Assembly: GCF_964204645.1 (NCBI RefSeq)
Contig: NC_134029.1
Span: forward strand, 17,106,950 to 17,170,949
Source: Tubulanus polymorphus
Lineage: Eukaryota; Animalia; Nemertea
DNA length: 64,000 nt
Reading direction: 5' to 3'
Shown here: in pieces, positions 25,201 to 40,200 of the stretch
Position numbering within the stretch: the stretch's first letter is position 1
Layout: each line of letters starts with the position of its first letter
Notes under the pieces: model-generated
Told to the model about the DNA's origin: nothing
The model's database searches: none
The model's input: the letters and a program-made list of their open reading frames with translations, nothing else
Made by a program: the position numbers and the translations under genes

Positions 25201-28200
25201 CATGATGAAGCAGACATCAGAAGAGCTCTTTCTTCAACCATGGAGGCAATGAAGTTGCAGACCAGCTTAGAGGCAAAAGTGAATCGAAGTCGGTCACAAG
25301 TTGACAATTTTTTTTAGATTAGACCAGTCGAAGACTGTATCATCTACCCAATCGCAAAATCTCATAATTCCCCAAATTTCTTAAAACTTCGATTTCAAAT
25401 TTGCAATTCCACATTAGCTTATCCCAGAAATTCTACATTTTTTCGCAGGCGTCAAATAATTTATTAAAGTTAATTTTCTTGTTTAAGTGTTGATGTGGCC
25501 ACCTAATCCGTTTAAAAACCTATTTCCTTAGCAAAGATCTCTGTTTTCTTAAATGTTATTGTTGTATGTTAGTATTTATTATGCCTGCGTGAATCAATTC
25601 ACAATACGAACTCTAGATTAATGAGAAAACAAATAGGTTTTGAGTCGCTGTTTAATGATTGCCAAGATGCACGCTTTTCAAACCAGTGCACATGCTGATA
25701 ATTGCTGGTGACATCACTAAGAAAGCTACATTGCAAAAATGGATGTAGCAATACTATTGAAAAGAATTTATAGTGGCATGACATTTGATTGACTGTTTTT
25801 TTTTTTCAGTTCCCAAAAATTCGAATCGTTTTCAAGAGCATTATTCGGTGTTTCACCTCACCCCAGGACAGGCTCAGGATATTGCGCTATCCAGGTACTG
25901 CAGACAGTTCGCCTCTCAGAAACGGTGATCAACAATTACTTCACAAATCAAAACTGTTTATGTTTTTTTTTTTTTCATGATCTAGGGATCTTCGACCAGG
26001 TTCTAAATTAGAGTACACAGTACAAGTTCAACTCAGGTAAAACGCTATGCGAAGAATTTTTGAAACGGCTTCTTGTGAGGTCAAGAGGGAATTTTCAAAG
26101 CTTCCAAATATTGATATTAAAATTTCTGATAACGATCGTCTTTTAACCATGGACCCGATTCTCGGTTAATTTTGACTGTACGTATAGTTACAATCAGTTG
26201 ATTTCTGATAGTTTCACACAAAAAAGTTCAAATTTAACCGAAAATGCTGGAACCCTGTCCATTATGTCAGTACACATCTGAATGAGGATTTACCATATAA
26301 TTCAGCTCAAGTGTCACCTGCTCTACAGCTGAATTTCATCATGTTCACACTAATGTGTGTTCTATTTGAATTTATACTGCTAGAAAAACCTTTTCTAGTT
26401 TGAATTTATGAAGTAGTTTGGTATCAATGGGTTTTTTTTTTCAGGTTTTGTTTACTGGAAACGAGCTGTCAGCAGGAAGATAATTTTCCACCAAGTATTT
26501 GCGTACGAGTGAACAGTAAAATGGCTCAACTCCCTGTAAGTTTTAAAACAAACTTCTACAGGCATTTCAAACAAATTGACCGCTGACTTGACGTTTTGTT
26601 CATTTATTGTCCCACTTTTAACCCTTTACTGTTCCTTCATGACGAGTTTCTCAGCCACCCCCCCCCCCCCCCCATAAAAATAAAAATGCTAGACACAGCC
26701 TAACTCAAAATGTCGGTCCGAGAAGAATAACTCCACATTTAAGATCTTGAAATATTACTGTGTTACACAATGATATACTGTATTCTATAATCATAGTTAG
26801 TTTCAACATTCATGTACAACAGTGAGCTGTGAATAATGGAATTACATGGTATTTGCATTTATATTGGTACATAGGATACATATTTTCTAACGCAATCAAT
26901 TGCAAAGTAAAGCCTAGCCTACATCGACACTGCGATTGGAGACAACTAATTGCCGGGCAGTTTTCGGCGCATGAGAGCAACTGGCTGGATACAATCAGTT
27001 GCTGGAACTTGTCGATGTGAGCGAGCTTACGACTGGTTAGCGTCCATCTATCTTTAGTTCCAGCCAGTTGCCCATGTTCTACTTTTGAGCAACTAGTTGT
27101 ACTCAGTTACTGTCATATCCGTCGATGTGAGCGCTCTATAGTCAATAACACATGGTTGCAACTGACTAAAACAAAGCAATTTGTTACGTGATTCGAGATG
27201 CCCTGAGAATATTTGCTAGATTACACATCTCAGTTGCTGTCGATGTGTGCACTATGGACCTAGCTCACTAGCAACTAGTTGTCTCCAGTCGCTTTGTCGA
27301 TGTATGCTTAGCTTTATAGCTCATTCCATCTTCTATGATTGTCACTGCGTTCCAAGGTTATTGGTTCATGTATTTGGTCACAAGGGAGCATTGAACATGG
27401 AAATTATCACCAAGCGCAGGCCTCGAAATTGGGAAAATCAGACCTGCAGCTAAAGCATTTCAAAATGCTGTGGGTTGCTAAAGCAACCCATAGCATTTTA
27501 TCAAAGACCATCAGCATTTTAGGATCCCAATTTGCCTCCGTAATTCTAAGAACCCACAGCAAAAATTATGACACAGAATAAATGTACAGAAGAATTTTAT
27601 TGAAGATATCAGAGTTTAAATAAATACAAAATAGAAGAGAAACACATCTTATGACACGCACGCGGCTCGCTGCTGATGTCGTTTTTCTTACAAATGTATG
27701 CTGGTATTGTTTTATCAGTAAATCTGGAGGGAGCTCTCTGACTGAAGTTAGATAAATGGGTCAATTCGCAGCGCTTTTATGGTGCAGCGTCAAGAACTGC
27801 TGGTGATTGATGGCTGACCTATATTGTGAACCAGGTGTGCCGCATGTTATTTATATCACCTACGGCAATAATAGAAATAAGTTTACCGACGGCATTTCAT
27901 TGCCGCCGGTAAGGAGACCAACCAGCAGCAGTAATTGTGTATGCCGCCTCTGCCGCCGTTAATTTTGAGGCCTGAACCGGGCGTTGAGCTGATCTTATGA
28001 TATGATTATAGGCATTTCATTGCGTTAGCCATCATTTTCTTATTATATGTATATATGCATGAGCAAATGACTATAAATTAGCTGCAATAGTGAATCATTT
28101 GGATAATTAATCTGTTACTTTTTCATTTCAGAATCCAATCCCTACAAATAAGCCGGGAGTAGAGCCTAAAAGGCCAAGTCGACCTGTAAATATAACGAAT

Positions 28201-31200
28201 ATCTGTAGAATTTCGCCAACCGTTTCTAATCATCTCAACGTTTCATGGGCCCACGATTTAGGACGCGTTAGTATTCACTTCTAACTCATTCCTATACATT
28301 AGTGAAGTGTTTATTAGTTTGATTTATCATATTTTATTTCATAAATGTTAATCTCCTTTCAGAATTATTGCGTTGGAGTTTTTCTTGTCCGTAAAGTAAC
28401 CTCAGAAGAGTTGTTGAACAGATTAAGACATACCGGGATCAAACATCCAGATCATTCGAGAGCTCTGAGTAAGTTTGTTTGACCTTTACCTTGCCTTAGG
28501 CGACGACTGGCTGGTAGTCTGGCTTAGTCAACAGCCCGACCTATCCTGCACTTGCTTTTATGTCTCACACACCACACTGGGCATTGAGCCGTAGTTCTAA
28601 GAAGAAGCTTGACCACAAAAACGCTTGATAAATTTGATATTTTGGGCTTTTGCTGGAAGATTCAAACATATACACTGTAATCAGTAGCATAATAAAGGTT
28701 GAAACAAAGCATAGTAAAGGTTGAAATGATGGATATAGTAATCTACGGTGTCTTTATTTATGAATATCAACAAAATAACACAAAATTGTGAGTGTCTCTT
28801 TCTTGGGTGTCTTTTTGCACTGGACCCCAAAATGACCCTGCCCCACCCAGTGGATCCCTCGTTCGGAGGTTAAATTTTTCAGCACCATTCCGTGGCTTAT
28901 ACAATAAGCTACTGCTTTATGAAGTTCCAGCTATGAGGATTTAATGTCTTAACTTCATTAACATGCAAATTACCTGGCACACACAGGACTTAACATTTAC
29001 GCTGCCGGCAAGTTTAGGGGTTAAAGTTTGAATTCGTAAAGATTGAGAGTATAATCTTGGTTACACCGTTATGATCTGAGGATTTGAGATTAATTGTGGC
29101 TAACATAATCCTAAGCACAGGGGGCCAAGGACAGATTCACACAGTAGAAAAAATTTGCAATTGTCCCGAGCTTTTATAAAAAACTAATGGCAACATTCGA
29201 GCGGCAAATTTTCTACCAGCAACTAATAAAGCAGCAGTGCCGGAATTCTATGCTTATTATGTATGACACAAGACTATAGGCATACTGGTACATTCTCTTT
29301 TGATACACCTATATTACATGGAAACTGCATTAAAATGCACTGAAATTTTTAACTCTTGGTTAATTATTGGCCGCAAATTGTAAATGTTTCTTATTTGGTT
29401 TGGTGTCGAAAATTTTTGACGTTCTGGCTTTCTGTTTTTCAGTTTAACATTTGAGTGCTTCTCCAACCTGTATAGGCTGTGAACTGGCCTGCGCAGACTG
29501 GGGGAACAAGTATTGGCTTAAAATCACTTGAATTGCTATTAGTCCTACATGAATATTACCTCCAGAGGTACTCTAGGGGTTGGGCCCATGTTTCTTTGAA
29601 TTGCTACTTTTCCTACATTTTGTCGTATCACTACTAAGTTTTCAATGACTGTTCTATGGATGAAAGACTAAACCAATATGTACACCCCTAGCTGGGGGAT
29701 TTGACCCTCAGGGGTCGCCCTACTGGATTGGGGGCCTGTATTTCTATAGATTGCTAAATATCAGATCATTGCCAAATTAGTGATGGATATTCTATGGGCC
29801 AAGGACAAATACCATGACACTGTCCTATTCAGTCTGTCATTTTGTTCTTTAAAAATTAAGTACTGCTACATCGAATGCTACGCTATCAGTCGCTAGTGAT
29901 ACATTGGAAAAAAGACTGAAATGTCAGAATGTCACTCTCCAATTTCTCTATAGATTGTTATGCAATGTTTTGGGGGTGGAATATTTCCAGTATACAAGTG
30001 TTGAATCTTTCAATGTTTTTCAGTTAAGGAGAAACTGCGACATGATCCAGACAGTGAAATAGCTACAACCAGTCTACGTGTATCTTTGATGTGTCCAGTA
30101 AGTTAAAAAAAGGTGTACATATCTATATCTTGAGCCAGTCTTACAGTTTATAAGTTTGCTGCCAGTGACTGATTAGTTGTCAAAGCAGTTGTACCCAGAT
30201 ATGAGAATTCCCCGCGGATCCGCGGTTTCCCGCGGATTTCAGTATTGAAAAATATCAATTTTCCAAATAGTCCAAAAATGATGTAAAAGTATGGGGGGGG
30301 GGGTGATGATCTCACTCAATTGGTCCGGCGCGATCGGTAATCAGGTGAACCGTAAAAGCATTCAGTGCCTGTTTTACTTATCGTCACGTAAAAGTATTGC
30401 ATTTCAATGCATATTCATTGCAACACAGCGATTTTGTATGTACATTTGTACTACGATAAGTGTGTATGTATTTTATCGATCGGTTGCAGACACGCACGCA
30501 CAGCAACAATAGGTCTACTTACTGTTGCTGCGTGTGTGTGGCGAACGCCTTCGGATATTATACACTACTTGGTGATGATTTTTAGTGAGCATTCATCGGC
30601 GCATTTTTACTGCAATAATTCAGGGCTCGACCCGTAATGCATGAGATGCTGAATGTCATCAAATGAGGATCTACCACATTGGAACTAGCCATTACCTTCC
30701 AAAATATAATAGTCGTTCATGGGTTCAAGATCGCTCTAAGTGCTCGGAAAACGTATTTGATTTCTAAAATTTTCTTGGGGGAGGGCCCCCAAACCCCCCA
30801 AAATAGCTTCGCGCCTTCGGCGCTCGCTAGTGCTGACGGCTAAGCCGTCAGCTGGTTCGCGTATGTCACTCAAGAAAAATAACCCGCGGATTTTACAGGT
30901 CGGCGTTCTCATCCCTGTGTACCACATTTTTGCCAAAATGAGTTATCTCGTCATGGATGCAACGTTACTTTCTAGCTTCCTGAGAGATCTCACAACAGCT
31001 AGAACCCAACTAAAAATACTCTGGCAGTGATAGATCGGACAAAAAACGATTTGTTAATTAGATTAAGCTTATCCAATATTAAGCGGACAGCGAACAATGT
31101 GTTAAGATGACTAGTAGATTGGTATTCTCAGATGTTCAAAGTTGATAAGTGAACCAAAATTGATGATGATTAAAATAAGTCTTTCTTACGTTTTGGGGTT

Positions 31201-34200
31201 TTAATTTTAACTAAACCTCGAAATATGTTTTGTAAATTCTCCGTTGAGAGGGTTAGGTTTAGTTAAAACCTCGCAACTTTAGTGATGTTGAGAATTCGCT
31301 GCTTTATTGATAATGGTTTGATATTTTTTCATTAAAGTTAGGTAAAATGAGAATACGAACTCCGTGTCGCGCTCACACTTGCAATCACTTACAATGTTTC
31401 GACGCCGCCACATTTTTAATGATGAATGAAAAGAAACCGACTTGGATTTGTCCGGTTTGTGATAAAACTGCATCGTTTTGGAATCTATTTATTGATGGGT
31501 ATGTATTACTTGAATCCTGAATCGATTTCAAAATCTGGTATTTGGCAGAGAAAGGGAAAATTCATTTTGTGCCTGATGGTCATTTAGCGAAGACAATGCC
31601 CTTCTGTCGCCCATGTTCGAAGTCATGCTGAAGTGTCTTTGAAAGTTGCAGGCTTTATTGGCTGTAAAGATATTCAGGTTTTGCAAATATGCCTAATCTG
31701 TAGAAGTTGTGCTAGGTAGGGGTCAGTTGTCTTTTGAACAACGAATGTCCTTAGTTGCCTTGTGCAAGGAACCTTTCTGTATGTGCATGCAGCAGAAAAA
31801 CATACAATTTTAACTCTTGATATGCCAGAGGTCAGCTCGTCTACTAGAGAAGCTGAAGCCATTTTGTTAGTGAGTTGACCAAAGTCGTTTAGGGGCCCCA
31901 ATTTTGTTTAAATCATTTATGAAAAAATTGCTCAATGTCTGATGTACAAGATTTTTCACAAATGCTGGTGTGGGCTCATTAGGCTACTGATGCGTAGCTT
32001 CAAATCCTAGACTCAACAGCCAATGAAAAGCGAGATCGACTAATTTTGTAGGCGCTGGCATTTTAAGATCATGTGATGACACTTATGGCACCATTTTGTT
32101 TGCTTTGGTCATAAAAAAATCTTGTATGTGGACTAGACCAAAAGTCAATAATCTGATGATTTGACTAGGATTTTTGATTGTCAGATGTGGTACAAGGGTT
32201 TAACACTTATAACTTACTTTTCAACAGTATCATAAAACAATCTAGGAATCACTAGACATGATAAATTTGTTGTTAGTGTTTGTGCGAGCAATTTACTTAT
32301 ACTCTTATATTTATAGATTATACACAGAGATATGTCGAGAATGTCCGTCAGACTGTAATGATATCCAATTTGGACCAGACGGTGAATGGAAACCATTGAA
32401 ATCTGTTAAAGAAACTGTTTGTGTTAGTAGTCCAGGAGTTGTCAAAGTTAAAGACGATCCTTCAGAAAAAAGTAAGCATTTAAGGAGTGATTATGAGCCT
32501 AAGTACTTATTGTAGCCCATTTATTCATTTTTGTCCACCCTCTGTCCATCTGTACTTATAATCAATTTTATTTGGGAAGTTTTTAACACGCTTTGATGTA
32601 TGGTCTTGATATTTTGTGTATGTATGAATCTACATCTGGACCCCAGACCAAAAATTGGCCTGATAGGATTTAAGATGGCCGATGTGTAGACACTTGGTCA
32701 GGAAAGTCGGCACTTTGTGGAATATTTTTAGGATCAACTGTGTTGATCCTTATAGAATTGTCGTGAGAGTAACTTTCTGTTAGCTCTTGGTGGCACAAAT
32801 TTTAACTACTGGATATTCATGTCATTTTTGGTCTTAATTGTTAGCCCTAGATAGCTTCTTCATGGTCTGAAATATTACATTGGGATTTGATATGGATATT
32901 ATTTGGCAGGAGATCATTAACATATCAGACGGATTTTTGATCAGTCAATTGTTATGCAGTCAGTGGCCAACTTAAGTTTCATTAGTTATCGTTACAGCTG
33001 GAAAATTTTATCTTGATTGTATATTTATAGAAACAGCCGTGAAGAAACCACAACCGCAAGTGATCGATTTAACATTAGATAGTTCAGATGGAGAGGATGA
33101 AGATGAATTAGAAACGGAGCCACCTGCTCAACGTCCTAGACTTGGATCTAACAGTTCTTCTAGTCAAGGGTTAGTTTCATGTATACACCAGTTAGAAACC
33201 TTAGCTACCTAACTCCTAGAGTCAGGATACGTACATTCTGTCTAGAAGTGCATTAAAAGCTGGGCACAGAAGTCTCTGGGAGTTAGTTTGCCTTTTGTCT
33301 TAAGGTCATGAGTTTAGTCAGGTTAACTATATTCTGTTAAGGATCTTTATTGCTTCCACTCATTGTAGTCAGAGGGTGACCATAGATTTTCTGACTATCG
33401 TTGGGTGAATTTGCAGTCCGCACCATGAACCATAGGTGAGCGCACTGTCATGCTGGTTCCGTGATGGTGATACTGTTAGAAATGTGTAAAAATTTCTTCG
33501 CCTTATTGAATGAACAGCGGCCTTGGCCGTTTGTTGTACATTTGATAGCACATGTGTGACAGTTTAAGTTGCATTGCTAAGGTACATGTGTGCCTGTCTA
33601 AGCTACATGGCTTAGTTTCATGTGTGCCAGATTGTAGGTTTTAAAACACCACTACTGGGACTAAGATGAACATGCCGTTATCAAGAAAAACATGTGGTTT
33701 TGAAGAATGTATAACAATTATTTTCTTCAGTGTATTTGTTCGCGGAAAAATATCGGCATTGAAGTGAGCATTGGCAGGATGGTATTACAATGGGACTATG
33801 ACTGCACTTCACACTATGATAAAAATCGAATCATTATTCAATGCCATAACATTGGTTGTAATACGGCCGTGTAATTTGAAGCGGTGGCATAACAGATTTC
33901 CTCTATAAGCATCTAGTTTATTTAACATAGAATGAAAGAGCAGAATTCATTTTGATTATGATTTTAGGCTGAAGATTGTTGGAAGAACAACGGATTGAGA
34001 CATGTGACTGTGATAAAATTAAAACCTTCTTATTCATTTTTCTACCATTTATGTTAGGATCTATCATTTTATATTTTGTGATGGCATCGTTCCCTATTAT
34101 CAGAAATACATGTATTTATGTTTGTATAAGGTCATGCAAAAATAGCCTATTTTCCGACGTTAAATCTCTGATATTAGTTTTGGTGCAATCATCTTTCGAG

Positions 34201-37200
34201 ATGGATGGATGCCTACCACTGGGAGCATCTCAAAAAAACTTAGGGCCTGTTTATATACTCCATATTTAAATCTTGTTTGAAGAGGAATTTTAGTACCGGG
34301 TATGTTCATGTTGTACATGTATTGTGAGAACTGTTTTGTTGCACATATTGCATAAAATTTTCTGAATACATGCACGTCCCTGCCCAGCTTATCGTCACTG
34401 CCACAGCATGTATTAGGGTCGTTCTGCAGTAATCATCTGAGGAGATATTGAAACGGTAAAAAAATATATTTTTTGTCTCAAAAAATCTTAGCAATTTTCA
34501 TGTATGGGAGTATATAAAGGGTTCTTTTTCTGAAGCACGCTGTAGTAGATGTTAAGACTCCAGAGTATGACGCTGTGATTGAGTCACAACTCTCAACTGT
34601 GCAACTAGGTCCAGGAAATTATTTTTAGCCCACTTGAGGCGAAGCCATAAAAGGTTATTGCATTCACGTTTCATCCATCTGACTGGAAACAGAATCAGGG
34701 TTTTTGGGAAGTTTTGAACACGCTTTGTTAAATCTAACCAACTTTTGAGCAACTGGCCCCAGGGTCGTATTTAGCGGGGGCAGATTTTTGCAATTTTGGA
34801 AAATGACCCTTTTGCAAATATTGTTTCAGGATCCATCCACTGCCCCAAAATTCAAATGCTAGGTATAGCCCTGGTAATCATTTAATTCAGCATTTTTTCA
34901 CATAATTTCTTTTCCAATATTGCTCTCATTGGCCTTTGGTGAAGGTATTTTCGCCGGTTAAAATAATTTCATGATTAATGTACTTAGAATTTTCACTTCA
35001 CAACACCATAAATCGATCAAATCTTTTGGTGCTTACCTCAAATTCCAATTTGATTTTATTTCATTTAGCCAAATTCGTTTTCAATTCAGTTTCATTTAGT
35101 GAGAAACAGCAAGCCAATTATGCTTGATTACTTGAGCTACTGGTACATTGTCCCTAGCCTGGGCATCTTGTGTATTTTCCCAAACAGTCTGGAATTTCAG
35201 ATTTTCTTGAAAACGTCTCAAGGTCTGCAATGGACTTCACATTGATGTATTCAAGGGAAATTTTGACAATACTTTGATCAATTGTCTTGAGGCTTAGTAT
35301 GTGTAAATATGCCGCAAGGGTTCATCACCTTCAAATGGAATGGTTTGCTTGGACAGAGGATGGCCACCTTTTTAAATGGAACTAAAACAATTGAAAACAA
35401 AACTATGATGACAACCTGACCACCTGAAGGCCCACACATTTTGAAGGTGGCTGGTCTTGATTAGAACTTTGTCGAAATACTTGGAAGTGAATACTTTGTC
35501 GGAAATATTTTCTCGTGGCCAGTAGAAAACTAATATCCTCGGCGAATAAGTCGAGATCAATATTTCAACAGTAAAATCTAGGGTTAACAAATTCAACTTG
35601 TTACAGCTGTTTTTACTGTATACATGTACACGTCTTGTAGCTTATCAATTGCCAAGTAGGAGCTCATGCCATGTTCTATGATTGTGTTGGAGGTTCAACG
35701 TCATTGGTTTATGTATTTGTTCACTGTGGGTATTGGATATTGAAATTACCAGATTGTCAAGCGTATCACCAATTGGGCATGGTGTCTCTGGACCCCTCAA
35801 AATGTGCTCTCCCTCACCACATTATCCTGAACCCTATTGACAAAAACCATTTTTGGGCGTATGCATTATCTTTTGCCCTAATTATATTAAAATGTCTATT
35901 TTGTATTTTTTCATTGTATAAAAAAGTTAGTGAATAAGTTAGAAACACCTCATGGACAGACTATGGTAGAACCAGATCTTGGTCATTGTGAACAGACTAT
36001 GGTATAACCAGACTTTGGTCGTTATGAATATATTGCATACTCATTTTGCGCTGCAAAATCTGTACACATAAGTTCAGAATAAAGGCCCCCTGCACATGAG
36101 CCAAGGAATGTGCTCGATGTGGCAAGCATGGATGTATTATATGACCATATTTACTATATATCTGTCAGCATTTACAAGCAACTTTTCACCACCTTTGTCA
36201 CGTTGATTTGGATATGAAGGAATTCTTCTGTTCCTAGTTGAAAATTATCGAACATGTTAGATTTTTGGTGAATGGTAAAATACGCTGGAAAAAATGCAGA
36301 TGAGCCGCAGCACACTGCGTACAAAATTTTCAGCCTACAGGGTAGATCCGGGAATATTCACAGCTTTTGGAAACATCAATTGGCTAAAGTCTCTGTTTCA
36401 AATATGTAATATCAATTTCACAATACTGTAATGTATGTATACTATAGTCTGTTCCAGTATTTAATATATATGATATATATGGTACTCAAAATAATCAGGG
36501 ATCTTTATATTTCATAGGAAAAATTCAGCATTTGATTTGTTGCGGTTCTATTCTTGGTAATTCACAATAAAAGATAATAGTTAATTGAATTTGTTTCATG
36601 TTGTGCATGTTGTCAGTGAGTTAACTAAAATCTAGTTATTGTTCAAGGACCTGAGAGATTTTCATTTTGACTTTCAAATTGAGACGTTTAGAATTTTGGA
36701 ATTTTGTGAGAAAATCTGCCTGAACGTTAGGGGCAATACCGGTAACTGACATAAAATTTTTCCACTTTTTGAATTGGATAGTTAATATTATTTTTTAATG
36801 ATGGTTATATATACATGTGCTATACACATTCTTCACACAGCTTCTCTATATTTTCATGCAGACCATTGCAGATGCATTGTGTGTTTGCTAATTCTAGCTC
36901 GGTCACCCTACAATTCATTGGCGGTCAGATAATAGTGTAACTACTCTTTATATCGCTGATCTGGTATTGCATTTGCAGATTTTCATAGAAGCATTCAGGC
37001 CTGCAACTGCGCATTGTGTGCTCTGCAAAAATCATTTAATCATATTTAAAGAAAGCCTGACTTGGGCCAAACTGGTGACCCAAATTGGAGATCCACACGT
37101 TATTTTTAGGGCTTCGACACCGCAAATAAACAGCCCTTAATTCACTTAGAATAAACACGAAAGACTGATTTGTCGTCAAAGCCTTTTTTTTCGTATTGCC

Positions 37201-40200
37201 TAACAGATTATTAAGTAAGGTATGAGTCTTATCATTTTACCAATTCTTCGTCATTTAATGAATGATCTTGACCCAAAATCGGCCAGCATTGATTCCCACT
37301 ACATGCCAATGCATTTTGCTCTCTTCAATATCTGCATCATTGCATCTTAAATGGCCTATGAAATCGATGATGATGATGATGATTAAATAGGTACGCTGTT
37401 AGTTGATTACTTAGTTGAATAATACAAACCACCACTGTAAACTGTCGGCACTTTCTTTCGGAACCAGAATTTTTTCAATGTATTTGTTTATAGAAACATA
37501 CGAGGCCCAATAAAACTGAAGAGTGAATGATTTATTGGGAACTAATGAATATTATTAAATCTCTACAATGTGAACGATTTTCATCAGTGACTGCATCTTA
37601 TTGCTCATTAACTGTCTAATTGATATCTGATAAGATTGTTGAGAACTCAATCTAACAACATCTTGAAGCTTCAGATGCCCACTAGTTAGAAGTTTATATG
37701 GATCATTTATTTGTCATGTATGCATTATATCTTGATTTTTCCCAATCCCCTTGTACGCAAACATACTTATTTCAGTATCCCCTTGCATGCGCACTGTCTA
37801 CGTTTTAGATTTCAATTTAAGGTAGGGGTACCATAACAAATTTTGATTGTTGTTTGACATTTCATCAAGTAACCAGTTCCAATTAGTTACCATATACCAT
37901 GTTTTGCGGAAACCCATCGTCAGAAGCTGAACATCATCGCTGATACAAATAAGATCATTGTATGAAATTTTGCGTACCCGTATGCATATCTGTACACACT
38001 CTTCAACCCTTCTTCATAGAAATTAAAACTTAACCCTTAATGCGTACATAATTTAAAATGAATATCCCAATTGTTTTGTATATTATGTTTGAAGTAATGT
38101 TCAGTATACTGTGATACTTTTGATACATCTCATGGTCTGTGGATTCAAAATTGTTCACATTAGCGAGTTATGCTTATATTCCCTAAAACCGTATGAGTGA
38201 ATATTTGAATTGATGTGCATAAGAATTCATGCTGTGAGGTGCATATCACAAAATAACACTAACTGAAAACATGCTTTTAGAAAATGAACTTTTACCTGGC
38301 AAATAATTCAATGAGATTTTCTACAGTAATCATAATACCTAATTCACGCGGTGACGTCATTTTTGAAAGATTTTTGTCAGTTATCCTTAGATGGATGAAT
38401 TTTTCTCAGTATCGCGAAAGTCTGGTTTTCAGAAAATCTTTGAGCTGTCGAAAAGATTCTATAGCCTATATTATTTTGTTATTTTACAGGTCAGTGAATG
38501 TGGTGCCACCTACTGTTAATGTGCCGAGTGACAGTAGTAGCGACAGCGGTGGAGATAGTCCACGTCGACGACGTGTGCCGACTACAGTAACTAAAACTGA
38601 AACCTCCGGTCAAAGTGTTTCTTCAACAGCAACTGAACAACAAAATCCAACGGAGAAATTCACGATTCTCGAGCAATCGATTCGCACGTCTTTGAACGCG
38701 ATCTCTTCATCAGCGTCGTCTTTATCGTCGGGTTTCGCTCCGAAACCTCCATCTGCTCCAACATCATCCAGTCTCTCAGCTCCGACTCTACCTCCGATGA
38801 GACTATCTCGAGATTCTCTTACTGGTTCGGTTTCACCACCATCTTTCAACATCTATGAACCAAGTAAGAAGTATACAGGGAAAATTATTTATGATTGATA
38901 CAATGGATTTCAAATGAGCTTGTTTATTCTGAAAAATCAGTGGAAACAAAGAGCCCTGCTTATTGACGCTGGTAGGATTTCAGTCGGAGTGGCTTAACTG
39001 GTTAAGCTAGAGTGTCTTAACTGTTAAATTGGAGTCCATAGAAAAAAGTATGAAAGCCTTAACACCATCGCTTCCGACTAGAGTATTACTTGCCTCTATG
39101 AGTATATTCACAGCTGATCCTTCTAATTCACTGTTAGATATTTAGATTCGGGCTCATGTGAATTGAACAGTTCCTAGACGTATCGGCCCCACTCCGCGTG
39201 TCTTTCTTCTTGGATGGTTGGCAATGTGAACAAACTTGGCTTCATTCTCAAATCAACTTGAGACCAGTCTTAAGATTTAAGACCACTTTTTGACTTAAGT
39301 CACGACTGTGCAACTGGCCCCAGATGATTTATTTGCTTCAGTGCCAACAACGAGTTAACTCGTTCAAAGTAGCAACTGTGGGCAGCTCAGTATTAGGGCG
39401 AAGGAATAGTACAATGGTGCATCTGGGGAGAGGATTGTGTCAACATGCTTTGAATGGGTGATTTGGGTAAGAGTTTACTTTTTGTAATGATTTTGATTTG
39501 TATTTTTCAGACTTTGATTTTTTCTCAATGTTTCAACAAGACTTTGAGAATTCATCAGGCCCCCGGTTACCCCCGATGCCTTCAATGAATCACTTAGGCC
39601 CTAATGTAAGTATCCTTTCTACTTGTTGGCATTTGTTTATATTATTTCACTATTATAATACGTACATACTAAATACATGTATTATGTGCAATATTTGCCT
39701 TGTACATGCCAACGTGCTCCATGGCGCTTATAATGGAAAACGACCATTTAAAAAGATAATAAACATATATGATAGGAAGTTTAACCCTTAATCTGCCGGC
39801 AGCTTCAATGTTAACTTCTGTGTGTGCCAGATGATTTGCACGTTAATGAAATTAACTCATTAAATCCTCATAACTTCCTATTAACTATTGTACATAGGGC
39901 ATTGAAACTTCACAAAGCAGTAGTTAATAGTCATAGCCATGGGATAGTGCTGAAGGATTAAACTTCTGATTTTTGAAAGAGGGGGTCCTGTGGGTGGGGT
40001 CATTTTAGATGGGCCATATTATATATTTCATATAGGTCAGGGGCGAATCCATGGGGCATATGCAGCAAGGGCCCCCCTATTTTCTACCTAGCAAAGAATT
40101 TTTTTAAGCCATTTCATACACTAGGTCAATACCCGTTCAATGGACAGGTTTCTCTTTGCGCGCATGGGTGCATTTGTCCCCTCCCCTCCACAAAATCACG

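Noticed and set aside
38284-38489. N-terminal part of the 204-aa ORF 38284-38898
   Set aside because: Intronic read-through; only 38490-38863 has splice sites and phases that fit PIAS.
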